IMG/VR virus record: IMGVR_UViG_3300025645_000038
Location: 1-64,000 of that record
From: a virus
Direction: 5' to 3' (one strand)
DNA: 64,000 nt
Shown here: piece after piece, positions 16,145 to 27,400 of the stretch
How the letters are laid out: each line of letters starts with the position of its first letter
Numbering within the stretch: the first letter of the stretch is position 1
The notes under the pieces: model-generated
Told to the model about the DNA's origin: nothing
The model's input: only the letters and a program-made list of their open reading frames with translations
Database searches by the model: none
Program-made: the position numbers and the translations under genes

Positions 16145-16902
16145 AACAACTTACAGAGAAACAAATATTAGATAATTGGAATAAGTTAATGAAACTTATT
16201 GAAGATACATTTGATGGAGAACGTAAAGAGAAACTCTTAGAGATGTATAAGTACTTTGAGAATAGAATGGTAACAGCGCCAGCTAGTGGTAAAGCAGCTT
16301 ATCATAATGCTATGGTGGGTGGTTATGTAGAACATGTATTACATGTAACTGATTGTGCTCTTAAAATCAAAAACCTTTGGGAATCTGAAAGGGCTATGAT
16401 TAACTTTACGGATGAGGAACTTATCTTTGCCGCTATGCATCATGACTTAGGTAAGGTTGGTGACTTAGAACAGGACTACTATATCCCACAGGACTCTGAA
16501 TGGCATCGTAAGAACAGAGGTGAGATATTTAAGCACAATCCAGCTCTTCAGTATATGACTGTAACAGATAGAGCTATCTTTATCCTTAACCACTTTGGTA
16601 TTAAGATGTCACAATGGGAATACATCGGATTAAGACTTACGGATGGTATGTATGAGGAAGCTAACAAGTCTTATTATATGTCCTACAATCCTGATTGGTC
16701 ATTGAAGTCTAATATAGCTTACATCTTACATCAGGCTGATATGATGGCTACACACATTGAGTTCGATGAGTGGCAAAGAGAAGATGAAGAAGTTAGTAAC
16801 AACTTTAAGAAAGCGGTTGTTACGGAAGAGAAACCACAACCATCAGCAAAGATGAGTGAGAAATCACAAGATTTATTTGATGAACTTTTTGGAGATAAGT
16901 AA
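16141..16902 (+). CDS. HD-domain phosphohydrolase (YhaM-like)
   Basis: APAS-x4-YHNA-x2-GGYVEH, HHDLGKVG, LHQADMMA. Confidence 0.85.
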   Translation: MKQLTEKQILDNWNKLMKLIEDTFDGERKEKLLEMYKYFENRMVTAPASGKAAYHNAMVGGYVEHVLHVTDCALKIKNLWESERAMINFTDEELIFAAMHHDLGKVGDLEQDYYIPQDSEWHRKNRGEIFKHNPALQYMTVTDRAIFILNHFGIKMSQWEYIGLRLTDGMYEEANKSYYMSYNPDWSLKSNIAYILHQADMMATHIEFDEWQREDEEVSNNFKKAVVTEEKPQPSAKMSEKSQDLFDELFGDK

Positions 16903-17162
16903 TGTTTTTAGAAATAGGTCTTGTATTTATGGTCATTTTATTCGTAGCTTCCTGTTATGTAATATGGAATTTAAATACGAAGTTAGAAGCATTAGAAGAT
17001 TGGATAACAAATTTCATGAACATAATAGATAAAGTACAATCGGAGCTTACACTAATAGACCACAGAGGTTCATTTGAGTCAGACGATGAAACAGGTGCAA
17101 TCTTCGAACAAATTAAAACAACAGTAAGTCAATTAAACAGATTCAAAGGAGAAGAACAATAA
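16902..17162 (+). CDS. membrane-anchored coiled-coil protein
   Basis: N-terminal TM; GSFESDDETG motif. Confidence 0.65.
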   Translation: MFLEIGLVFMVILFVASCYVIWNLNTKLEALEDWITNFMNIIDKVQSELTLIDHRGSFESDDETGAIFEQIKTTVSQLNRFKGEEQ

Positions 17163-17944
17163 TGGCAACAGCAGTTACATCAAGTATCGCAACTAAGAAA
17201 CCAAAACCAGTAATTAAGAAAACTCGTAAAAGAAAGAAGAAAGGTAAAAACTATTATTTTAATATAGGAACTGAAAAAGCTATAATCCGTTACAACAAAA
17301 CGGATGATGCTGGATTAAAGAATATAATCTATAACGAACATATTCACAAAGCTTTCGATAAGTTAGCTGAGAATATAATTCATACATTTAAGTTTTACTA
17401 CTTTGATGTTTCATCGGTAGAGGTAAAACATGAGGTAGTTTCATTTATGGTTATGAATATGCACAAGTTCAAAGAAGGTAAGGGTAAAGCGTTCTCCTAC
17501 TTTAGTATTGTAGCTAAAAACTATCTTATACTCCACAACAATAAGAACTATAAGATGGGTAAGATACACTCTCAGATGGATGTATTGGACTATAAAAGAA
17601 ATCTTATGGGTGAGAGTACAACGACAGAAACTGCTGAAAAGTCTGTTTTGTTTGTTGATGAACTACATAGGTTTTGGGATACTAACTTATCTAACATCTT
17701 TCGTAGAGATAAAGATATTAGGGTTGCTGATTCTGTATTACATATCTTTCGTATAAAAGAGAATATTGAAAACTTTAATAAGAAAGCTCTCTACATTCTT
17801 ATTCGTGAGATGACGGGTTCTAACACTCAACATATAACTCGTATAATTAATGTTATGAAAAAATATAACAAAAGGTTACAGTATGAGTTTGATAGATACG
17901 GGACTGTTGATGTTAGCCACACCGGCTCGATAGTCAACGAATAA
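17162..17944 (+). CDS. phage late-transcription sigma factor (T4 gp55-like)
   Basis: Sigma region 2-like KF-x3-KGKAFSYFSIVAKNYL; last gene before a terminator and the structural operon. Confidence 0.65.
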   Translation: MATAVTSSIATKKPKPVIKKTRKRKKKGKNYYFNIGTEKAIIRYNKTDDAGLKNIIYNEHIHKAFDKLAENIIHTFKFYYFDVSSVEVKHEVVSFMVMNMHKFKEGKGKAFSYFSIVAKNYLILHNNKNYKMGKIHSQMDVLDYKRNLMGESTTTETAEKSVLFVDELHRFWDTNLSNIFRRDKDIRVADSVLHIFRIKENIENFNKKALYILIREMTGSNTQHITRIINVMKKYNKRLQYEFDRYGTVDVSHTGSIVNE

Positions 17945-17946
17945 AC

Positions 17947-17975
17947 AAAAAAGGGAGTTTTTACTCCCTTTTTTT
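17947..17975 (+). terminator. intrinsic terminator (potentially bidirectional)
   Basis: A6-GGGAGT-TTTT-ACTCCC-T7. Confidence 0.9.
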
Positions 17976-18012
17976 GTGCCTTACAATATTTTTATTAAAA
18001 TTTCAAAGTTGA

Positions 18013-18020
18013 ATATTTAT
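18013..18020 (+). promoter_or_regulatory. putative late promoter ATATTTAT
   Basis: Directly after the terminator, at the head of the baseplate operon. Confidence 0.55.
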
Positions 18021-18059
18021 ATATAACAACAATTCCAATAAATATCAATGAGGTACAAT

Positions 18060-18449
18060 ATGGCTAATGATTATGAAATATTTGAGGGTAAATCCTTGTC
18101 GGGTTTATTTCAAGATATTTACGAAAATACAAAAACAAATAAGACTCAATTAGAAGTTCTTATGAAAGAGGTTGTTGGTTTTATAAAAGATGGTGATACT
18201 GCTGTACAGATTATCCCTATGTTGAAAGAATATTTAGAAATCAACGTTAAAAACGATGACCAATTAGTAAAGGTAGCTGCTATCGTACAGCGTATAATAG
18301 CCGCTGAAAGTAAGGGTGGTTCTGAAGAAGAGTTCGGTTTATCTGAAGCTGAAAAAGAACAACTTATGGGAGCAATAGAAGATGCTGCTACAGACTTACA
18401 AAGTCATTCAGACGAAATAACAGATGACATTAAGAGGGTTGAAAATTAA
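18060..18449 (+). CDS. helical morphogenesis protein (possible small terminase-like)
   Basis: GAGG SD before ATG 18060; first gene of the late operon; function is a guess. Confidence 0.5.
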   Translation: MANDYEIFEGKSLSGLFQDIYENTKTNKTQLEVLMKEVVGFIKDGDTAVQIIPMLKEYLEINVKNDDQLVKVAAIVQRIIAAESKGGSEEEFGLSEAEKEQLMGAIEDAATDLQSHSDEITDDIKRVEN

Positions 18450-19645
18450 TGCCTTTTTTTAAAAGTAGAAAAAATAAAAACAGAAGAACAGATGGAACAG
18501 GATTCTTAACTTATGCAGATGCTTATCAATTAATAAAAGAAAACATTGATGAGGCTGTAGAGTTTTATGAATTAGAACCTGCTATTGTAACTCAAGTTTT
18601 ATTAAACCCATCAGACTTTCCAAGAAAAAGTACGCCTGATGGTAATGGTAAAATGCCTGATTATTCTTTTTTAGGAACTGTTAGAGCAAGGTTTGTAGAA
18701 AGTCAAGATACTGGTGATGAGATTGACGATTACATAAAACCACTTTCCCCTCACATGGTAGCATATCCTTTAATCGGTGAGGTTGTAAATATAGCTAAAC
18801 ATGGCAATCAGATGTACTACTACCAACCTTTGAATATGAGAAACCATGTAAATATGAACGTAGCCAATAACGTTCCTACAGACCCAAAGGTTACAGCACA
18901 AACCACAGAACACAATAGGAATCTACTAAGTGAATATGGTGATGTGGTTATAAATGGTAGATTTGGTAATGGTATAAAGTTTGGTAGCGATCCGTTCTAT
19001 CAGTATCCCGACATAAAAATTACGAATAGACAATCTGTTCCACCACAAAAAATACAAGATGAACATTATCCCCATTTACAAAATATAAATGCAGATGGTT
19101 CTTCTATATTTATCACATCAGGTCCAGCAAGAGAAGTAGATGCTTTGATACCAGCTGCTTTCAATCTAACAACACCTGAAGTATTAGATGGTGATATGAT
19201 TACACTTAATTCTGATAGATTAGTTTTTAATTCTAAAAAGACAGACATACATATGTTTGCTAAAAGAAATCTAAACTTATCAGCTAATGAAGAAATAAAT
19301 TTAGAATTAGGTTTAAATGCTTTTGGTGGTAGAATATCATTGGGTGATGCTGAATCTACTAATCCTATGGTGTTGGGGAATCAATTAGAAGATTTATTTG
19401 AGAAACTATTTTCATCACTACAGAGTTTTTCCAACTCGACATCAGCAGCTACAGGAGTAGCTGAAATAGCAGATGCAGGTGAAGTACTAAAAAAAGATAT
19501 TGAAGACATATCTACAAATATTTTACCAAAGATACTAAGCGATACAGTCTATATAACAGAAAATCAATCTAATGAAGTTACTTCCATAAATGAGGTGGAA
19601 GGTGATGTACAACCAATAGTTCAGGTTGCAGGAGTGAGAGGATAA
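18449..19645 (+). CDS. baseplate hub/central spike protein (gp5/gpV-like)
   Basis: OB-fold-like YPLIGEVV; GDVVINGRFGNGIKFGS; ITLNSDRLVFNS beta-helix; PMVLGN. Confidence 0.65.
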   Translation: MPFFKSRKNKNRRTDGTGFLTYADAYQLIKENIDEAVEFYELEPAIVTQVLLNPSDFPRKSTPDGNGKMPDYSFLGTVRARFVESQDTGDEIDDYIKPLSPHMVAYPLIGEVVNIAKHGNQMYYYQPLNMRNHVNMNVANNVPTDPKVTAQTTEHNRNLLSEYGDVVINGRFGNGIKFGSDPFYQYPDIKITNRQSVPPQKIQDEHYPHLQNINADGSSIFITSGPAREVDALIPAAFNLTTPEVLDGDMITLNSDRLVFNSKKTDIHMFAKRNLNLSANEEINLELGLNAFGGRISLGDAESTNPMVLGNQLEDLFEKLFSSLQSFSNSTSAATGVAEIADAGEVLKKDIEDISTNILPKILSDTVYITENQSNEVTSINEVEGDVQPIVQVAGVRG

Positions 19646-19647
19646 CT

Positions 19648-20154
19648 ATGAGCGCTTTATCAGATAGAATTAAGAAAACCATCAAATCTGTATTTGATTT
19701 GCCTAAAAAAGAAATAGAAGCTAAGATAGACTCAATCGTAAATGCTACAAGACAAGGACAATCACAAGGACAACAGATTAAAGACATACTGGCTACAATA
19801 GAGGATGTGGAATCTAAAGTAGAAACAATACAAGGTTTAATAAAAAGTGCTAATTCAGTTATAACAACTTTGAATGCTGCTTCTAAAGTCGCAGAAGTTG
19901 GTGAGAAAGCAGCTGCTACAGCATCAGCACTTAATCCAGCTGCTGCTGCTACAGCATTAGTTCAGAGAACTATAAGAGAAAAGGTTGAACAAGAAATTGA
20001 AGAAGGTAAAAATGCATTAAATGTAACACCAAACCTAATACAAAATTTTAAAAAGTTTATAGAAGAAACAAAAACAAAATTAAAAAAAGTAAAAGCAGAA
20101 CAAGAAAAAAAGAAAGCTTTACGTGAGCAAAGAATGAGAAAATTAAATTCTTAA
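19648..20154 (+). CDS. coiled-coil virion/baseplate-associated protein
   Basis: Operon position and heptad pattern. Confidence 0.6.
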   Translation: MSALSDRIKKTIKSVFDLPKKEIEAKIDSIVNATRQGQSQGQQIKDILATIEDVESKVETIQGLIKSANSVITTLNAASKVAEVGEKAAATASALNPAAAATALVQRTIREKVEQEIEEGKNALNVTPNLIQNFKKFIEETKTKLKKVKAEQEKKKALREQRMRKLNS

Positions 20155-20161
20155 TATTTAT
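20154..20161 (+). promoter_or_regulatory. putative late promoter ATATTTAT
   Basis: In the short intergenic gap before an AGGAG SD. Confidence 0.5.
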
Positions 20162-20179
20162 ATGTAAATAGGAGTTATC

Positions 20180-20656
20180 ATGTCAAATACTAAAAAAATC
20201 ATAGGTTTAATTAGAGAAATAGTTAAACAAGAGGTACAAAAAGAGGTAAGAAAGATACTTATTAGTGAAGGAGCTAAGGCTATATCTAATAATGTGAATG
20301 ATGTGCCTGAAGTAATACCAAAGCCTGTTCCTCAAAAGTCTAAGCCTGAAGAAGTAAGTTATACTAAAAACCCAACGTTAAATAAAATACTAAATGAAAC
20401 CGCTCGTGGAGATGAGTTCGAAGAGTATCCAACAATGGGTAATAAAACTTTTGATAGTACAAAAATGGCTGAGGCTATGGGTTATGGTGGAATAGCAGGT
20501 AGTGCTGAAGATAAGAGAAAGATGGGAGCTATGCAAACTGCACAAGCAGCTGGTGCTGATACATCAAATAAAGCAGTACAAGATGTGATGCAAGATTTAA
20601 CAAAAGATTACAGAGGTGTGATGAACGCATTAAAAAAGAAGGATGGTAAATTGTAA
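20180..20656 (+). CDS. virion protein with putative prohead-protease sites (LISE, ILNE)
   Basis: IREIVKQEV...ILISE, ILNETA and TKDYRGVM motifs. Confidence 0.6.
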   Translation: MSNTKKIIGLIREIVKQEVQKEVRKILISEGAKAISNNVNDVPEVIPKPVPQKSKPEEVSYTKNPTLNKILNETARGDEFEEYPTMGNKTFDSTKMAEAMGYGGIAGSAEDKRKMGAMQTAQAAGADTSNKAVQDVMQDLTKDYRGVMNALKKKDGKL

Positions 20657-21075
20657 TGGGTGTAATTGAAAACGACTTAAATGAAGATACTTTTATTGGT
20701 TTAGAGTTACCTTTAACTCATACACCAGATGGATACTTTAAGAGAACCAAAACAGCTTTAGAGCAAGCTAGGTCTAATATAAAGAATCTTCTATTGACTA
20801 ATAAAGGAGAGAGGTTAGGTAATCCTACATTTGGAACTAATCTTTTATCTTTAGTTTTCTCACAAGAAAATACAGACCTTGAAGCTAGAGTCGAAGAAGA
20901 GATTAGAGCTGCTATGAGTGAATTTTTACCATTTATAAATATTGTAAGTATTGAAACCAATTTTTCAGATGAAAATATGTCTACTGCTATTGTCAATTTA
21001 AGATTTACTCTTAATGTCGATGTTACCTCTGAAGAAAATTTAACTTTAGATTTTTCAAATTACAATATTGGTTAA
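20656..21075 (+). CDS. baseplate wedge subunit, gp25-like
   Basis: NIKNLLLTNKGERLGNPTFGTNL...FLPFI. Confidence 0.9.
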   Translation: MGVIENDLNEDTFIGLELPLTHTPDGYFKRTKTALEQARSNIKNLLLTNKGERLGNPTFGTNLLSLVFSQENTDLEARVEEEIRAAMSEFLPFINIVSIETNFSDENMSTAIVNLRFTLNVDVTSEENLTLDFSNYNIG

Positions 21076-21088
21076 CAGGAGAAAGTAA

Positions 21089-23038
21089 ATGCCATATTCA
21101 GTAACAAAGAAATCAGTAAAAGAAGTTAGGTATCTAAACAAAGATTTTACATCTTTCAAAGATAACCTAATAGAATTTACTAAGATATACTTTCCAAATC
21201 AATATAATGATTTTAATGAAGCATCGCCGGGTATGATGTTTATTGAGATGGCTTCATATGTTGGTGATGTACTTTCATACTATGTGGATAATCAATTTAA
21301 AGAAAGTCTACTAGCATTTGCTGAAGAAAAGAGAACAGTATACAATATGGCTCAGTCTTTAGGATATAAACCAAAATTATCTTCAGCTTCCACAACTGAT
21401 ATCGATGTGTTCCAAACAGTACCAGCAACGGGAACAGGAACAGGAGCTAGTTACACCACTAAACCTGATTTGAATTACGCTATGAGTCTAAAGGCTGGAA
21501 TGGAAATACAATCAGATACAGGAGTGTCTTTTATAACAACAGAAGATTGTAACTTTAAATTTTCAAGTTCTTATGACCCGATGACTATTACAGTTTACGA
21601 AAGTTCTAATAATATACCAGTTACTTACTTATTGAAAAAAGGTGTAAGATCTTCAAGTGGGGCTGTTGTAACAGAGTTCTTTACTTTTAATGCAGCTGAA
21701 AAATATAAGAGGATAGCTTTAGCAAATCAAAATGTTTTAGAAATAATTTCTTGTAAAGATAGTGATGGTAACGATTGGTATGAAGTTCCTTTTTTAGCTC
21801 AAGATACAGTATTTACAGATATGGAAAATACATCTAAGAATGATGACCAACTATACACTTATGCTGACCAAGCTCCTTATCTACTAAAACTTTTAAAAAC
21901 ATCAAGAAGATTTACAACTTTTATTAGGGAAGACGGTAAAACGGAATTACGATTTGGTGCAGGAACATCAGATAGTCCTGATGAGGAAATCATTCCTAAT
22001 CCAGATAGTGTTGGTTCTTCTTTACCAGGTTCACCAACATACCTAAATACAGCTTTCGATCCATCTAACTTTTTAGCAACAAAAGCATACGGACAAGCTC
22101 CATCTAACACACAATTAACTATCACTTATAGATATGGTGGAGGTGTTGGTAATAACGTAAGAGCTAATAGTATTAGAAGTATACAATCAGTTAATATAGA
22201 ATTAGACGAAACAGGTTTGAATGCAGGTTTAGCACAGACAACTAAAAATTCTGTAGCTATAAATAATCCGTTACCTGCGGCTGGTGGAAGAAGTGCTGAA
22301 AGTATTGTCGAAGTAAAAAATAACGCACTAGCTTACTTTCAAACTCAACAAAGAGTGGTTACAAAAGAAGATTATATAACAAGAGTATATGCTTTACCGC
22401 CTAAGTTTGGTAATGTAGCAAAAGCCTATGTAGTACAAGATAGTCAATTAGATAGTAAATCAGGTGCTAATGCAGATGCTCGTATAGCAAATCCATTAGC
22501 TCTTAATATGTATCTATTAGGATTTGACGCGAACAAAAAATTGACAACAGTAAATCAAGCAGTAAAAGAAAATGTACAAACTTATCTAACTCAGTTTAGA
22601 ATGGTAACTGATGCTGTAAACATAAAGAATGCTTTTGTAATTAATATCGGAATAAAATTTAATTTACTTACAAGAACCGGTTACAATAAGGAAGAAGTTG
22701 TTTTAAAAGCTATACAAAGAGTAAAAGACTACTTTAATGTTGATAACTGGCAAATCGGACAACCAATAGTTTTAGCCGATATAGCTTATCAATTATCATT
22801 AATTGATGGAGTATCAGCTGTTGTTCCTCCTGAAGAAGATAATCCTAATGGACACTCTGTATTAATTACTAATAAGTTTCAAGCAAGTAGTGGTTACTCA
22901 GGCAATGCTTATGATATCAATGGTGCTACAAGAGATGGAATTGTATATCCATCGTTAGACCCAAGTTGTTTTGAATTAAAATTTCCAAATACAGATATTG
23001 AAGGTAGAGTAGTTGGTAATACATCAGGAGGTAACTAA
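21089..23038 (+). CDS. baseplate wedge subunit, gp6/baseplate J-like
   Basis: YLNKDF, YNDFNEASPG, SYVGDVLSYY, AQSLGY, ELRFGAG, QQRVVTKEDY. Confidence 0.9.
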   Translation: MPYSVTKKSVKEVRYLNKDFTSFKDNLIEFTKIYFPNQYNDFNEASPGMMFIEMASYVGDVLSYYVDNQFKESLLAFAEEKRTVYNMAQSLGYKPKLSSASTTDIDVFQTVPATGTGTGASYTTKPDLNYAMSLKAGMEIQSDTGVSFITTEDCNFKFSSSYDPMTITVYESSNNIPVTYLLKKGVRSSSGAVVTEFFTFNAAEKYKRIALANQNVLEIISCKDSDGNDWYEVPFLAQDTVFTDMENTSKNDDQLYTYADQAPYLLKLLKTSRRFTTFIREDGKTELRFGAGTSDSPDEEIIPNPDSVGSSLPGSPTYLNTAFDPSNFLATKAYGQAPSNTQLTITYRYGGGVGNNVRANSIRSIQSVNIELDETGLNAGLAQTTKNSVAINNPLPAAGGRSAESIVEVKNNALAYFQTQQRVVTKEDYITRVYALPPKFGNVAKAYVVQDSQLDSKSGANADARIANPLALNMYLLGFDANKKLTTVNQAVKENVQTYLTQFRMVTDAVNIKNAFVINIGIKFNLLTRTGYNKEEVVLKAIQRVKDYFNVDNWQIGQPIVLADIAYQLSLIDGVSAVVPPEEDNPNGHSVLITNKFQASSGYSGNAYDINGATRDGIVYPSLDPSCFELKFPNTDIEGRVVGNTSGGN

Positions 23039-24168
23039 TGCATTATTTTGTTTTTCCAGAAATAGATACGACAATTTATCAGGCAAGTGGTAGTAGTAAC
23101 GCAGGTAGAGATGAAATTTTAGAGGTGCAAAAAGCAATGAGCCCCTCTGGTGGTAATGTTAAAGTTTCTCGTATTTTAATAAAATTTGATATTACTAAAA
23201 TATCTTCTTTTATAAGTAGTGGTTTAATATCGTCTGATAGAAAATTTTATTTAAATCTTTACGATGCTGGTTCAGAAGCTCTAAAGGTAAGTCAATCTTT
23301 ATTTGCTTATCCCGTAAGTCAAAGTTGGGTTGAAGGACAAGGAACTTTTAATGATACACCGGCCACGACAGAAGGTGCTAGTTGGCAATATAGAGATGGT
23401 CAAAACTTGAAAACTCCTTGGAGTGGTTCTGCTACAGAACTTATCGGTGGCGGTTGGCACGAAGAGGTTTACGCGTCACAATCTTTTAAATATGAAGATA
23501 CTGATATGAGAATGGATGTAACACCGATAATGAATAAATGGTTGGATGGTACATATCCTAACAATGGTTTTATTGTGAAGAGAAGCGGTAGTTTTGAAAA
23601 TATAAATACAAATGAAGACGAAGGTAGTTCAGAACATTTAGGTAACTTTAAATTCTTTTCAAGACAAACCAATACAATATATCCACCAAAATTAGAAGTT
23701 GAGTGGTTTGATACAAAGTGGAGTACAGGCTCATTGAGTGGTTTATCTTCTACTGAATTAGAAGACATGTCTATTTACATGAAAAATTTAAGACCTGAGT
23801 ACAAAGAAAACTCTAAGATAAAATTTAGATTATGTGGTAGAGCTAAATATCCAACTAAATCTTTCTCAAACACATCGTCAGAGTACCTTACTCAAAAATA
23901 TCTTCCAAGTGGTAGTGTAGAAAATATTGGTGGTGATGGTGTTTACTACTCAGTATTAGATGGACAAACAGACGATGTAATAGTACCATTTGGTTCAGGC
24001 TCTTTAGTAAGTTGTGACTCAACAGGAAACTATTTTAACTTATGGATGAACGGATTGCAAGCAGAGAGATATTACAGATTTTGTTTTAGGGTTGTAAGTG
24101 GTAGTAACACAACAGAGGAAACTATACAACATTTTGATGATGATTTTGAATTTAAAGTAGTGAGATAA
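23038..24168 (+). CDS. virion structural protein (DNRLRE-like domain)
   Basis: DTTIY...NAGRDEILEV, SRILIKFD, DVTPI-x3-W, NNGFIVK, FFSR...PPKLEV. Confidence 0.6.
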   Translation: MHYFVFPEIDTTIYQASGSSNAGRDEILEVQKAMSPSGGNVKVSRILIKFDITKISSFISSGLISSDRKFYLNLYDAGSEALKVSQSLFAYPVSQSWVEGQGTFNDTPATTEGASWQYRDGQNLKTPWSGSATELIGGGWHEEVYASQSFKYEDTDMRMDVTPIMNKWLDGTYPNNGFIVKRSGSFENINTNEDEGSSEHLGNFKFFSRQTNTIYPPKLEVEWFDTKWSTGSLSGLSSTELEDMSIYMKNLRPEYKENSKIKFRLCGRAKYPTKSFSNTSSEYLTQKYLPSGSVENIGGDGVYYSVLDGQTDDVIVPFGSGSLVSCDSTGNYFNLWMNGLQAERYYRFCFRVVSGSNTTEETIQHFDDDFEFKVVR

Positions 24169-24171
24169 AAA

Positions 24172-24474
24172 ATGCCTTACACACAAGAGGAATTACAGAA
24201 GTTAGATTTTTACCAAAATCTAATCAATGAAGATGAACAACAATATCTACAGAAAAAAGCTGATTTAGAACTTCAAGCAGATATCTCAGGCTCTGCTAAT
24301 AGAGGTGCTATTGTAAGAGATAAATCAAACACAATCCTTTTATTTGAAGACCCTTATCAAAATCAATTACAAGAGGATGAGTCTTCTAAAATAGTTTATG
24401 ATTTAAAAGTAAAAAAATTAAAAACAGATGATTCTATAAACCAAATATTATCAAGAGAATTTAGAGAGTTATAA
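24172..24474 (+). CDS. hypothetical structural protein
   Basis: Operon position. Confidence 0.6.
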   Translation: MPYTQEELQKLDFYQNLINEDEQQYLQKKADLELQADISGSANRGAIVRDKSNTILLFEDPYQNQLQEDESSKIVYDLKVKKLKTDDSINQILSREFREL

Positions 24475-27400
24475 TGGCTAGTAAATTAAACGAAAGAGAT
24501 AAGGCACTTTTAGATGGTAATCTTTTTGATATCGTTGGTAATAAACCCTATGAAAATGGTAAATGGGGAACCAACGAAAAAGATTGTGTCTATTTAGAAA
24601 TATTTGATACTAATGGAAATCTAATAGAATACAATACTTTATCTGTTTCACAATTTATTGTAAATTCATCAAATGATAATATAGAGTTTTATCCTGGCTC
24701 ACATATAAGAGGATTGGGTTTTGAGAGCGGTACATTTAGGGTAAGATATAATTTTATCAGAAAATTAGCTGGTGATGAATCAGCAGTACTACTTCATACA
24801 TTAGATAAAAATAATACTAAGATTGGTGATGTTTATACGAATACAGATAAACTTTATATAACAGAAGATGGTATAGTATACAACGTAACAGAACAAGAGT
24901 TCAAAGATAGTCCAGCTACTGCTGAACAACTAGCAGTAGAAGATTTGAAGTATCAAATAGATGAGATATCACCAAGTAGAACGGAAGTTAGACTAAAAGC
25001 TAAAAGAATAAACAGTTCTTACATAGATGATTTTATAAATATACAAACAAAAAATAAGTATGAAAGTGTTGTATCAAATATAAATTTTGTAGGTTCTAAC
25101 AAATACGAATCTTTAGATTTAATTCTCACACCAGAAAATAATAGTTTTCGCTTTACTCAACAAATGGTAAATGGTACACTAACTTTACCGGATGTTTACA
25201 AAGTAGATGAAATAGAAAGTGCTGTTAGGTCAGAGGTAAATGTTGTAGAAAACGCTGCTCTTGAAAATCTAAGGTTAGATGAAAATGGAAACATAAATTT
25301 CTATGGTGACAGAAGAGGATGGGATCCTGAGTTACATCAAGATGCGGTAAGAGCAGAAGGTTGGGAAGTAGGTTTTAGAAGTAACACTCAATTTGGAAGT
25401 GGTGGAATTTGGGAAGGTACAGAGCATTTAGGTTATCACGCAAAGGTTGTACAAAAAGAAGGTATAGCTGGTGGTAACTGTATAAAGTTTACAGACAACA
25501 ATGGTATATTCGAAGCTTCTCCGGAATGGCCTACAGGATACCCTCACAGATTACAACTTATTGGTCAGTATGGCTTACAAAAACTTAGTAGTTTAGGGGT
25601 AAAGGCGGGTGACTTTATTAATATCAAAATGGATATTAAGAGTACTGTGCCTGGAAAAGGAGTAAGTACTGCTATAGCTTATGCAGGTGAACTTTTAACA
25701 GAAGATAAGCCTGAAAATCCACCACAAGGATTTTTCGATCCTAATAATCCTGGTCCAACAGAAACAAAACCTGCTAATCCACCTGAAGGTTATCAAGCAA
25801 ATACAGCAGCTGCGGCTAGTGAGGTAGAACCAAAACCTGGAGAGACTCTATCACAAATTTTAACGGATAATCCTGACTTAGTAGCTATTGGATTTGGAAA
25901 AGTTAGAAGACCTAACCTACCAATAATTCCGGCAGAAATAGGAGACACCACCGCGAATACAAACCTCGATGGAAAAGGAGCTTGGAAAATATTTAATATA
26001 TTTGACGATGGTGATATAGTTTACACTTGGTCTCCAAACTTAACAGAAAATTTATTAGTTGGAACTTCAAGTACTGGAGGTGAGTGGGTTTGGAATGGTA
26101 ACGCGTGGAATCCATCACCGGATGTTGCTGATAGTCCATTACCACCCGCAGGAGTTGTAAATAACCCTAACGCCGTAAATCATCACCCTTATGTAGTAAA
26201 AGATTCACCTGAGGAGTATGTTGGTAATTCATTTTATCCAAGACAAACATACAGAGGTCAGAACAGAGGATGGCAAACAGGTACATTCATGCATCAAGAA
26301 GAGGAAAGTATTGTAAGAGGTTCCAATAGTTCAGAATATAAAACTACAACTATGCTTGTTAAGGATGATTTAATTTGGTTTACGGATTTTACAAGAGGTA
26401 GTACGGATAATAAAGCTATAGTGGTTAAAGATTTTGATACTTTTTTTCCTAACATACGAAATGAGATAATTGATACCGAAACCAATAAATCTTTATACGA
26501 TGATATATTCGAAAAAGGTTTTATACAATCTATAACCAGAGATGCTGACAAAGACTTTATAATATTTTACAACAACGGAGATACCAACGATGATGGCTCT
26601 GCGACTTCAAACTCTAATAAATGGTTTGCATTAGATAAAGATGGTGACAATTACAATATAAAAACGATAGATGATAAAAAAGTTTTACTTTTATCCGATA
26701 TTAACAATGGACTAAACGACCTTGTTGCTTTAGAACCAAAAAGATTTGAGGTGTGTTATGGTAATCCAACAAATAATCCAGGTGATTTTCCTGATGGTTT
26801 TCTTTTTTCTTTCTTCACATCAGACCAAGTTTTTATAAGCACCAAAGATAAGTCTGAAGATTTAACTCCTTTAGCATTCGATAGAACTGATACATATGGA
26901 CAGAATGGTCGTTACTTTAAAGGTTTAGGACCGAACCTTTTTCCTCATGTAATGATTGGACAAGGTGGAGAACATAGTGGTGGTAGGACAGAATCATTTT
27001 TAGCTATAACTCAAGATTCTGGTGAGTTTGTTAGAGTTTACAAAACTACAGGAACAGAAGGATCATCCTTTGATGATATTCAAGAATATTTTTACGATTG
27101 TGGTGTGGTTGGTACTGATGGAGATCCTTTAAGTTATGGTGTTAGAAATTCAGGTGCTGAAAATTATGGTAGGTTGAATGAAGATGGTACTATTACTACA
27201 TTTAGTCTTAATAACGATAATCCTTTTCTCGATATTTTATACGACAACGGAACAGCTATATTTGATTTTGAAATAAATCCTCGACAGATAGGTGTTGAGA
27301 GTGAAGAACGTTTGTGGAAATGGAATGGTTATGAATGGGTTGATAATGGATTGATGCCCCCAAGATATGATTATCAAGAAACAGGAAGAATTACTGTAGC

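Noticed and set aside
18038-18045. Minus-strand late motif that could drive antisense RNA toward the sigma gene
   Set aside because: An all-AT 8-mer is expected by chance, and the adjacent terminator would stop such a transcript.
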